A program made the position numbers and the translations under genes. From contig DATMVO010000425.1 in the NCBI GenBank assembly GCA_035563115.1, forward strand, positions 1 through 54,417: a DNA stretch of 54,417 nt. The letters are read 5' to 3'. Origin of the DNA: Solirubrobacteraceae bacterium (lineage in GTDB: Bacteria > Actinomycetota > Thermoleophilia > Solirubrobacterales > Solirubrobacteraceae). Below the pieces are notes generated by a model. The model had not been told where the DNA came from. It did no database searches and saw nothing but the letters and a program-made list of their open reading frames with translations. Each line of letters opens with the position of its first letter. The stretch's first letter is position 1. Positions 36,521 to 44,519 of the stretch are shown one piece after another.

Positions 36521-36837
36521 GCTATCCCGCGGTGCTGGTCGACCACCTCGCGCAGCGCCTCTAGCCCCTCCGGCGTCGGGCGCACGTACCGCCAGACCAA
36601 CGCGGCGACCAGCTCGCGCTTGTGCACCTTGAGCTCGAACGCCGCGCGGGCGAGCGCGTCGAACTCGCCCGGCGGCAAGCGGACGAAGAGCGCCGGCAGG
36701 TCTCGGGACGACGGACGTGCCGTCGCCCGCCGCTCCTCCGCGCCCGAATGCGGCGGAGCGGCCATCGCCGATGCACCTCCGGCGCCGAGTGCCAGCGGGT
36801 CGTCGACGGCGCTGAGCTTGCGGCGCGGGCCGCTCAC
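36514..36837 (-). CDS. Small ParA partner (candidate ParG/RHH-type centromere-binding protein)
   Basis: The GTG at 36837 overlaps the parA stop (GTGA, 36834-36837). The protein is 107 aa. LFVRLPPGEFDALARAAFELKVHKRELVAALVWRYV is ribbon-helix-helix-like. The assignment rests mainly on position. Confidence 0.45.
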   Translation of the reverse strand: MSGPRRKLSAVDDPLALGAGGASAMAAPPHSGAEERRATARPSSRDLPALFVRLPPGEFDALARAAFELKVHKRELVAALVWRYVRPTPEGLEALREVVDQHRGIAG

Positions 36838-37607
36838 GCGTTCGCTCCGCGCCGCGCCGGCTCGAGCAGCTCATCGGCCAGCCGCCGGTAGGCCACCGCC
36901 CCACGGCTGTCACCTCGCCAGCTCATCAACGGCAACCGCTCAGCAGCCGCGTTCTGGAACGCCGCGGCGAGCGGGATCTGCGCGCGAGCGATCGGGAGGC
37001 GAAGCTCCGGCAGCGAGGCGTTCATCCGCTGGTAGACGAGCCGCCTCGTATCGACCATCGTGCGGACGAGCGCGCGGACGCTGACCTGCGAGTGGCGCGC
37101 GAGCCGATCGACGATCGCCCTGACCTCCGCCGCGCCCTGAAGGGCACCCTCGTCGGTCATGTCGACCGGGACCAGCACCTCGGTCGCTGCGACGATCGCG
37201 TTCACCGTCAGCAACCCCAGGCTCGGCGGGCAATCGATGAGGACGTCGTCCCAGTCGCTGAGCGCACCGAGGAACAGCTCGGCGAGGAACTGCTCACGGT
37301 GATGCTCCCCCGCAAGAGAAAGCTCGAGGCGGGCCAGCTCCCGCCGCCCGGCGACCAGGTCGACGGCCGGCGCGACGTCGCGCACCACCCCGTCCGCCAA
37401 GCTCCCACCCTCGGCCAAGAGCTCGAACGCCGTCGCCGGCGCCGCCGACGGCACCACGCCGAACCGCCTCGTCAGCGCGAACTGCGGATCGAGATCGACC
37501 GCCAGCACCCGCCTCCCCCCCGCGCCCCACGCCACCGCCAGATTCGCCGTGGTCGTCGTCTTGCCGATCCCGCCCTTCTGCGAGCTGACCGCCATCACCC
37601 TCGTCAC
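36834..37607 (-). CDS. parA: ParA/Soj-family partition ATPase
   Basis: The deviant Walker A is MAVSSQKGGIGKTTTTANLA, followed by VLAVDLDPQ and VLIDCPPSLG. I preferred GTG 37607 as the start because a GGAGG lies 5 nt upstream. Confidence 0.85.
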   Translation of the reverse strand: MTRVMAVSSQKGGIGKTTTTANLAVAWGAGGRRVLAVDLDPQFALTRRFGVVPSAAPATAFELLAEGGSLADGVVRDVAPAVDLVAGRRELARLELSLAGEHHREQFLAELFLGALSDWDDVLIDCPPSLGLLTVNAIVAATEVLVPVDMTDEGALQGAAEVRAIVDRLARHSQVSVRALVRTMVDTRRLVYQRMNASLPELRLPIARAQIPLAAAFQNAAAERLPLMSWRGDSRGAVAYRRLADELLEPARRGANA

Positions 37608-37708
37608 CCTTACCTCCGCTTGTTCGACATCGCCATTGCTGGCTATGTCGCGCCGGCCGCGGGCGACCCCACCCCGGGAGTTGCTAGATCGACCGGCCTG
37701 TCGCCTGG

Positions 37709-37918
37709 CCGGTGCTTGACGCCGCGGTGCTCCGACGCACGACCCGATCCCGGCCCGGACCGGTACCGGTGTGGGACCGGTCCGGTACCAACCCGCAATC
37801 ACTACGTAACCGGTGTGCAACCGGTACGGAACCAACGCGCAACCGAACCGGTTCCGATCTGCGGCCGGTCCGGTACCGAATCCGATTCGCTCTGATGCCG
37901 CTACGTCATCGAGCCGGT
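37709..37918. repeat. Cluster of CCGGT-core iterons and short palindromes (candidate parS and/or oriT region)
   Basis: Eleven CCGGT pentamers lie in about 210 bp, including the palindromes CCGGTACCGG (37760-37769), GGACCGGTCC (37775-37784) and GAACCGGTTC (37845-37854). The region lies between the divergent parA and relaxase genes. Confidence 0.5.
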
Positions 37919-38062
37919 CTCGCCGCCGCATGGCCTGACGGCCACGCCCTCCGCAGGACCACCCGCACCGCGCTCAGACCAAGGGCATTCAGACCCCGAC
38001 CGACAGCACAGGCACACACTTGCACCGGGGGTGCGGGCAGCCGTCGCGCGACCCAGCCACCG

Positions 38063-41000
38063 ATGGTCTCCATCGGCAAGATCGACGGCAGCCCGGCGTC
38101 GGAGCGCTACTACACGCACACCGTCGCCAACGGCCGCGAGGACTACTACGCCGGAAGCGGTGAAGCGCCCGGCGAGTGGTACGGCACCGGCGCCGACCAG
38201 CTCGGCCTCACCAGCACCATCGACGCCGAGGAGTTCAGCTTGCTGTTCCGCGGCGTCGCGCCCTCGGGCGAGCGTCTGCGGCAGGAGCCCGACGCCCGAT
38301 CGGTCATCGGCTTCGACCTCACGTTCGGCGCACCCAAGTCGGTCTCGATCCTCTACGGCATCGGCGACGACGAGATCTCGCGCGCCGCCCGGGAGGCACA
38401 CGACGACGCCGTCAAGCAGGCGCTCGGCTATCTGGAAAGCCACGCGACGCACACCCGTCGCGGGCGCGGCGGAGCCGAGATCGTTCGCGGCGAAGGGCTC
38501 GCCGTCGGGCTGTTCCGCCACCGCACGTCCCGCGCCGGGGACCCGCACCTCCACACCCACGCGGTCATCGCGAACACCACCCGCGCGACCGACCGCTGGT
38601 CGACACTCGACGGTCGCGCGATCTACGCGCACGCCCGCACCGCCGGCTTCCTCTACCAAGCAGCGCTCCGGGACAACCTCACCCGCGAGCTCGGCGTCGA
38701 GTGGGAACCGGTCGAGCGCGGCGTCGCAGACATCCGCGGCATCGACCGCGGCCTGATCGAGCACCTCTCCCGCCGCCGGCAGGAGATCGTCGAGCACGCC
38801 CACGAACACGGCGGCCGGACGGCAAAGGCGTTCCAGGTCGCCGCGCTCGAGACACGACGGCGCAAGGAGTACGACGTCCCCGTCGACCGGCTGCGAGCGA
38901 ACTGGCGCGCGATGGCCGGCGAGCACGGCTTCGGCCGCGACGAGCTCACCGCCGTGCTCCACCGCGCGCCCGAGGAGCGCCGCCACGTCCCCGGTCCCAG
39001 TGAGGCGCACCTCAGCAGCCCCGAGGGCGTGACGCGCGAGACGAGCACCTTCGACCGCCGCACCGTCATGCGCGAGTGGGCCGAGCAGCACACCGCGGGC
39101 GCCCCGGTCGCCCGGATCGAGCAGCTCGCCGACGACTGGCTCCGCACCCCCGCCGCGGTTCGGTTGTCCCCGGGCGCGCATCCGTCGATGGGCCCGCGCT
39201 ACTCAACGCCAGAGATGCTCGCCACCGAACGGGCCCTGGTCGCCAGCGCCGAGCGGCGCCGTGGCGAGGGCACGGGGATAGCCGACAAGTCCGATGTCGA
39301 GCTAGCGATCAAGCGCCGTCCGCAGATAGCCGGCGAGCAGGCCGCGATGGTCGAACAGCTCACGACCTCAGGCGACGGCATTCAGATCGTCCGCGCCGCC
39401 GCGGGCACCGGCAAGACCTACGCACTGGAGGCCGCGCGAGAAGCGTGGGAGGCGAGCGGCCACCGCGTCTACGGGTGTGCGCTCTCGGCCCGCGCGGCGA
39501 TCGAGCTGGAGACGCAGGCCGGGATCGACAGCACGACGATCGCGCGGCTCAAGCTCGACTTCGACGCCGGCCACGCGCTCGTCCCGAACAACGTCCTCGT
39601 CGTCGACGAGGCCGGCATGGTCGGCTCGCGCGACCTCCGCCGCCTCGCGGACGAGGCTGAGGCGGTGGCCGCGAAGCTCGTGCTCGTCGGCGACGACCAC
39701 CAGCTTCCCGAGATCGAGGCCGGCGGCGCGTTCCGCGGGCTCGCCGAGCGGCTCGGCGCGGTCGAGCTACACCAGACCCGCCGCCAGGAGCACGAGTGGG
39801 ATCGCCAGGCGCTCGCCGCGCTGAGGGTCGGCGGCATCGACGAGTGGGCGAGCACGTACCGCGAGCAGAACCGCATCGTCGCCGCGCGCAACGCCGACGA
39901 GGCTCGCGGCCAGCTCGTCGCGGACTGGTGGCAGACGGCGAAGGAGGACCAGCTCGACGCGGTCATGGTCGCCCACCGCCGGAGCGACGTCGCAGACCTC
40001 AACCAGCGCGCGCGCCTGCACATGGACGAGGACGGCCGGCTCGGTGCCGACCGTGTCGGAGCGGCCGGCCGCGAGTTCGCGGTCGGCGACCGCATCCTCG
40101 GCCGCCACAACGACCGCCGCACCGGGATCATCAACGGCTCGCGAGGTGAGGTCGTCGCGGTCGACACCGAGAAGCGGACCGTCACCATCGCGCTCCGAGA
40201 AGGCGCCGAGGTCATGGTCAAGAGCGACTACCTCGACGCCGGCCACCTCGACCACGGCTACGCCGTCACCGCCCACGCCGCCCAGGGAGCCACCGTCGAC
40301 CGCGCGTTCGTCCTCGGCAGCGATGACCTCTACCGAGAGTGGGGCTACACCGCCCTGACCCGCCACCGCGACGAAGCGCGCTTCTACCTCGTCTCGCCCT
40401 CCAGCACCGAGCAGGCCCTCCCAGGCCTCGAGCCTGATCAGGAGGGAGATCCGCTCCTCGACGAGCTGCGCGAGATGCTCGGCACCTCGCACCAGAAGAC
40501 GATGGCGATCGCCACGAAGGGGCCGGCCGTCCCGCGCGCGGTCGGCGGCCAAGAGCTGCTCGACCGCTACCGCGCGATGCGCAGCGAGGAGCGACGCACC
40601 GCCGAACGACTCGCCGCCGCCGAGCAGGCCGCCGCCGAAGCTCGCACGCGCGCCGACGCCAACGCCGCCGAGCGCGCGGAGCTCTCGCGGCTGCAGCGCC
40701 GCCGTGGTGCCGAGCTCGACCGCCAGCGGAGCGCCCAAGAGGCTGCGGCCGAGCACTGGAACGGCGAGGCGCAGATTCTTCGAGACCAAGCGGTCGAGTT
40801 GAGCAGCATCCGCGAGACGTGGGTCCAGGCGCACAGGCAGCATCTGCGCACCGCCCTCGCGCACGAGCAGGCCGGTCGCACGGCGCCTAACGCGGACGAC
40901 GAACGCATCCGGCAGGCGCTCGCCAACCCGCACCCAGACGTCTTCGGCACCCGCCCAGACTCGCTCTCCGACCGTCACGCGTGGGCGGAGCAGGCGGCCT

Positions 41001-41068
41001 CGCGCGCGCACGCGTGCGAGATGCCATCGTTCGCCGAGCCGGACGCCGCCGTCGACATCGACCTGTGA
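38063..41068 (+). CDS. MobF-family conjugative relaxase (TrwC domain) fused to a RecD-like helicase
   Basis: The N-terminus is ERYYTHTVANGREDYYAGSGEAPGEWYGTGADQLGL, with the histidine triad GDPHLHTHAVIAN. The helicase has IVRAAAGTGKTYALEAA and VLVVDEAGMV. The C-terminal portion (GYAVTAHAAQGATVD) is UvrD_C-like. Confidence 0.85.
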   Translation: MVSIGKIDGSPASERYYTHTVANGREDYYAGSGEAPGEWYGTGADQLGLTSTIDAEEFSLLFRGVAPSGERLRQEPDARSVIGFDLTFGAPKSVSILYGIGDDEISRAAREAHDDAVKQALGYLESHATHTRRGRGGAEIVRGEGLAVGLFRHRTSRAGDPHLHTHAVIANTTRATDRWSTLDGRAIYAHARTAGFLYQAALRDNLTRELGVEWEPVERGVADIRGIDRGLIEHLSRRRQEIVEHAHEHGGRTAKAFQVAALETRRRKEYDVPVDRLRANWRAMAGEHGFGRDELTAVLHRAPEERRHVPGPSEAHLSSPEGVTRETSTFDRRTVMREWAEQHTAGAPVARIEQLADDWLRTPAAVRLSPGAHPSMGPRYSTPEMLATERALVASAERRRGEGTGIADKSDVELAIKRRPQIAGEQAAMVEQLTTSGDGIQIVRAAAGTGKTYALEAAREAWEASGHRVYGCALSARAAIELETQAGIDSTTIARLKLDFDAGHALVPNNVLVVDEAGMVGSRDLRRLADEAEAVAAKLVLVGDDHQLPEIEAGGAFRGLAERLGAVELHQTRRQEHEWDRQALAALRVGGIDEWASTYREQNRIVAARNADEARGQLVADWWQTAKEDQLDAVMVAHRRSDVADLNQRARLHMDEDGRLGADRVGAAGREFAVGDRILGRHNDRRTGIINGSRGEVVAVDTEKRTVTIALREGAEVMVKSDYLDAGHLDHGYAVTAHAAQGATVDRAFVLGSDDLYREWGYTALTRHRDEARFYLVSPSSTEQALPGLEPDQEGDPLLDELREMLGTSHQKTMAIATKGPAVPRAVGGQELLDRYRAMRSEERRTAERLAAAEQAAAEARTRADANAAERAELSRLQRRRGAELDRQRSAQEAAAEHWNGEAQILRDQAVELSSIRETWVQAHRQHLRTALAHEQAGRTAPNADDERIRQALANPHPDVFGTRPDSLSDRHAWAEQAASRAHACEMPSFAEPDAAVDIDL

Positions 41069-41176
41069 TCTCGGGGGCGAATTCTTCGCTGCCACGACCT
41101 ATCCGGGTCACGCCGAAGCGAACGACATTGAGCCCCAGAGGGGCGGCTGTTCCCCGTCGAATGACCGGCGTTCTCG

Positions 41177-42631
41177 CTACATGTAGTAGGCGTACGTCGG
41201 CTCGAGGTGCGCGTCTTCGGGCAGGTGCTTGATGATGTTTGCGACCCGCCGTGCGGTGCGGAGCGTTACCGGCTCACGGCCGTCAAAGCGCGTCGAGTTC
41301 CAGTTCATCTTCGAGAGCGCTAAGACTTCGTCAGCGATCTCCCGAATGCCGCGTTCGGCGAACGCGGCCCTCAGCGCGACCGGTCGCGGCACGTACATGC
41401 CCGGGTAGCCCTCGTACCACTCGACGGTGCCGCGCGTGTAGAGCACGGCGCTGTCGCGCGCGGTCTCCAACAGCGTTCCCCTCCACGGCGGGTGATAGCC
41501 GCGGCGGTACAGCCGAACGCCCGAGGAGGTCACCCAGACGAGTTCGCAGAGCGCGATGTCGAGGTCATCGGCTGCCGCGAGCATGCCGGCCCGTTCGTTG
41601 TCGTCGAACGGCGTGACCTTGTGAACGACAACGCGTGCAGGCCTGGTCTTGTGCTCGGCGTAGTACGCCTTGACGGCGTCCTTCAGTGCCGCGTACGCGC
41701 CCTTCTCGCTGAGGTGCAGTTGATGATCTTCGTTGGACTTACGAGCCGGTCCACCTCGCACGATCACGCCGTCACCGCGCTGGTTGAAAACCTGAGCGAT
41801 GCTGCTCGCCGTGTCGTTGCCGTCGCCGATGCGGAAGAAAGCGATTCCCACAAAGCACGCCGTCAGATCGGTTGACTCGCGAACGAGACGCCACGGAGTC
41901 CCACCGGCCTTGTAGTAGAGCGCCGTTAGGAAGTTCCAGGCGATCGTCGCGTCGTCTTGACGCTCATCGGCCTTCTGCCCCTTCATGCTTGGCCGGTTCG
42001 GCGCGCCGCGTGTGTAAGCCCGTGCGCGGACAAGCTGAAGCGGGACTCGAAGCGGCATCGCGCGTGCTTTGAGTAGGTCATGGAACGCCGGCGGGCGTTC
42101 TTCATCCGCAGTCTGGCTGTCGATGACATCCAGCTTGGGCTTCGCTCCGGCGCGACGCGGCGTGGCTTCGTCGAGCTCCTCGGGGATGTGGCAGATGACC
42201 ACGTCGACGTTCGTGTCTTGCACCAGCGTCTCGAGCTCCTCGAGATACAGCTTGACCGCCGCATTTATTCGCTTGGTCGGCGAGATCGTCTTGAGGCGCT
42301 CGATGTCGCGGGACCTGATCGGTCGCTGCGTGCGGTCATCCATGACGATCTCTGCGCAGTAGCTGCTGCTCTGGCGGAAACCGGGGAAGTCGGGCCACAG
42401 GCCGGGCTGGCGCTGCTTCATGCCGGCGATCGGCTCTCGCAACGAGGTCAGCCACTGTTCGAGCGCGTCGATGTGCGCTTGGGTTCCGACGATCCCGACG
42501 TTGATCTGCCGGGGAGCGCCCGGCGCTTCCAGATCCGCCGGCCCGTAGGCGACGACGCCAAAGCGTGGGTCGACGTGACGGCCGCCGCCGGCGAACTCGA
42601 GCTGCGGTTCGGGAAGAACGTCGGCTTTCAT
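41177..42631 (-). CDS. Short prokaryotic Argonaute (MID + PIWI only, predicted catalytically inactive)
   Basis: 484 aa from ATG 42631. PIWI hallmarks are NFLTALYYKAGGTPWRL, LSKMNWNSTRFDGREPVTLRTA and the C-terminal YAYYM. GIAF occupies the position of the GxDV catalytic strand. Confidence 0.8.
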   Translation of the reverse strand: MKADVLPEPQLEFAGGGRHVDPRFGVVAYGPADLEAPGAPRQINVGIVGTQAHIDALEQWLTSLREPIAGMKQRQPGLWPDFPGFRQSSSYCAEIVMDDRTQRPIRSRDIERLKTISPTKRINAAVKLYLEELETLVQDTNVDVVICHIPEELDEATPRRAGAKPKLDVIDSQTADEERPPAFHDLLKARAMPLRVPLQLVRARAYTRGAPNRPSMKGQKADERQDDATIAWNFLTALYYKAGGTPWRLVRESTDLTACFVGIAFFRIGDGNDTASSIAQVFNQRGDGVIVRGGPARKSNEDHQLHLSEKGAYAALKDAVKAYYAEHKTRPARVVVHKVTPFDDNERAGMLAAADDLDIALCELVWVTSSGVRLYRRGYHPPWRGTLLETARDSAVLYTRGTVEWYEGYPGMYVPRPVALRAAFAERGIREIADEVLALSKMNWNSTRFDGREPVTLRTARRVANIIKHLPEDAHLEPTYAYYM

Positions 42632-43071
42632 GCCGCGAGTTCGCCCTGCTCGGGGCCTGGCGTCGAGGTCTTCTTTTCCGGCGCCGGCTCCCAGCGCCGG
42701 TCGTCGATGCCGATCGGCAGCTCGACCTGCGTCGGCGGCGCGAGCGTGAGCGCGACAGCGTCGCTTGCAAGGAGTGAAGGTGGTGGGCTTAGTACGTGTT
42801 GCCACAGCGCGAGATGGCTGATGAGCGACTTGTTTTTCTCCAGCCGCTTGATGCCGCTTACAAGGTCATCGGCGAGGTAGTTGGGGCGCTCTCCGTCGTA
42901 GGTGAAGTGGTACTGCGGCTCGACGACAAGGCACCACGTGCCGTCGATGAACTCGAAGGTCGGCCGGAAGGCTTGGTGGGCGCACGTACCAGATGCCCTC
43001 TGCGTGTCTCTCACCAGGTCGCGGACGATTCGGCTGGACCTTGACGACCAGGCGTGGGCCCGACGGGCCAT
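42628..43071 (-). CDS. APAZ C-terminal part (fragment 2 of a frameshifted DREN-APAZ gene)
   Basis: HQAFRPTFEFIDGTWCLVVEPQYHFTYDGERPNYLADDLVSGIKRLEKNKSLISHLALWQHVL has good codon bias. Its TGA overlaps the pAgo ATG (ATGA, 42628-42631). Confidence 0.6.
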   Translation of the reverse strand: MARRAHAWSSRSSRIVRDLVRDTQRASGTCAHQAFRPTFEFIDGTWCLVVEPQYHFTYDGERPNYLADDLVSGIKRLEKNKSLISHLALWQHVLSPPPSLLASDAVALTLAPPTQVELPIGIDDRRWEPAPEKKTSTPGPEQGELAA

Positions 43072-44023
43072 CGACCTCGAGGTTCTTCAGCGGCTTCGGC
43101 CCGGGAAAATAGAACAGGCGATCGCCCTCGTGCCATCTCAGCATGGGTCGAAGCTGATGTTCCAAGCTGCGGCGCAGCAATTGCACCCAGAGCGCGCGTC
43201 GGTCGGAGTCATCGGAATGCGACCAGTCGCTGGACGGATGCGCCTCGACCGTGCTGGTGTCGGCGAAGCGCCGAACTGAGGTTGTGCGGGGGTCGCGGAG
43301 CGTATAGACGCGTCGGTCATGAAGCACAAAGTCCCAGTCCGGGTCGGGGATCTGGGCGTCGACGTACGTGCTGGCGACATGCGCCCGCTTGGTTGCGTCA
43401 GTCTCGACCGACCACAGCGTGCGGGGGTACTCGGTGATCGGAAACAGATTCGACAACACGTGCTCCGGCGGGGGCGGCGGGAGGTATGGGGCGGCCGGCT
43501 CATGGCTGTTTGCGAGGTTCAACAGCAGCGCCCCGCACGATGCGTCGAACCGGTCCGCTTCCTTGTCGAAGATGACCTTTCGTGCGGCCCGTCGTTCCTT
43601 GTCGGCGAACCAGTCGGTCACGCAACGGAACCAGACCTGATGAACCTGCGGGTCGTTTGGATGCGAGCAGACGAGGATCACCGGCTCGGCACTGCGCATC
43701 CAGTAGTCGATGTCGGCAGCGTTGCACAGGAACTCGAACGAAGTCTCGGTCTCGCGGGTGTATGCCGCGTACCCCTTGCTCTGAACGCGCACTTCTCGAT
43801 GCAGCGGCTCGCCGGTACGAGCGTTGCGTAGTTCGATGCGGCCGTCGATGCCCGTGTCGAACGTCCCACCGGTCGACCGCCAGATGAACTCCATGTCGAG
43901 CACGATCCGCTCGATCAGGTTCTCGCCTTTCTGACCGGTGATCTGACCCTGCGTGACCTTCTTTGTCTGACGCCTGCGCGTACCCATCCCAAAGGACAGC
44001 TTGACCGTCAGGTCGGTCGGCAC
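42866..44023 (-). CDS. DUF4365 (DREN, Mrr-like PD-(D/E)xK nuclease) + APAZ N-terminal part (fragment 1 of the pAgo partner gene)
   Basis: GQKGENLIERIVLDMEFIWRSTGGTFDTGIDGRIEL...EVRVQSKG...AADIDYWMRSAEPVILV is the DUF4365 signature. The last roughly 50 codons before the stop at 42866 turn Arg/Pro-rich (out of frame). Confidence 0.7.
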   Translation of the reverse strand: MPTDLTVKLSFGMGTRRRQTKKVTQGQITGQKGENLIERIVLDMEFIWRSTGGTFDTGIDGRIELRNARTGEPLHREVRVQSKGYAAYTRETETSFEFLCNAADIDYWMRSAEPVILVCSHPNDPQVHQVWFRCVTDWFADKERRAARKVIFDKEADRFDASCGALLLNLANSHEPAAPYLPPPPPEHVLSNLFPITEYPRTLWSVETDATKRAHVASTYVDAQIPDPDWDFVLHDRRVYTLRDPRTTSVRRFADTSTVEAHPSSDWSHSDDSDRRALWVQLLRRSLEHQLRPMLRWHEGDRLFYFPGPKPLKNLEVDGPSGPRLVVKVQPNRPRPGERHAEGIWYVRPPSLPADLRVHRRHVVPCRRAAVPLHLRRRAPQLPRR

Positions 44024-44210
44024 CAGACTGCGCGACCATTTCTAGCCGTGAGCACCGACGCGTTGCTTCACGATCGGCTCGGCCACCGGCGCGTATCGCC
44101 GGCGCCCGAGGGGATGTCGAACTTCTCGCCAAGTCCGTCTTGTCACCAAGTGGGTGAACCCAGCTCAGCCCTGCTGAGGCCTCAACCCCGTTGCTCCCGG
44201 TCGCTGCTTC

Positions 44211-44441
44211 TCAGCCCGCCGGCGGGTACGGGTCGTTGCCGTACGAGTTGCGCTCGCCGATCGTGCCGTCCTGGTTGTGGATGACGTGCTCGGTCTTCGC
44301 GTTCTGTGCGAGTTCCCGGCCGCGCGAGACTGCCTCGACCTTGTTCGAGTGGACGCTCGACGCGCGGTCGCCGCCTTCCACCTCGTTCGCCCAGTTTCGC
44401 GTGTCGCTCCGGTAGACCGTGTGGATCCAGCCGCGTGCCAT
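44211..44441 (-). CDS. DUF2188 family small protein
   Basis: GWIHTVYRSDTRNWANEVEGGDRASSVHSNKVEAVSRGRELAQNAKTEHVIHNQDGTIGERNSYGNDPYPP matches the DUF2188 pattern. Confidence 0.55.
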   Translation of the reverse strand: MARGWIHTVYRSDTRNWANEVEGGDRASSVHSNKVEAVSRGRELAQNAKTEHVIHNQDGTIGERNSYGNDPYPPAG

Positions 44442-44519
44442 GCCGACCTCCTTGCTTCCGACGTTGCCAGGCGACTTCGTACCCGACGAGCCCGTCCCGG
44501 AACGTCCCTGCTTACGAGA

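Noticed and set aside
39767-41095. 442-aa minus-strand ORF
   Set aside because: It is antisense to the relaxase-helicase gene and has a low-complexity Ala/Arg/Gly/Val translation.
41069-41176. Possible terminator between the convergent relaxase and pAgo genes
   Set aside because: I found only a weak GGGG-N8-CCCC pairing, which is not convincing.
42632-42805. N-terminal extension of the pAgo ORF
   Set aside because: It is Arg/Ala-rich and overlaps the APAZ C-terminus. The ATG at 42631 gives ATGA coupling and a sensible MKADVLPEPQLEF start.
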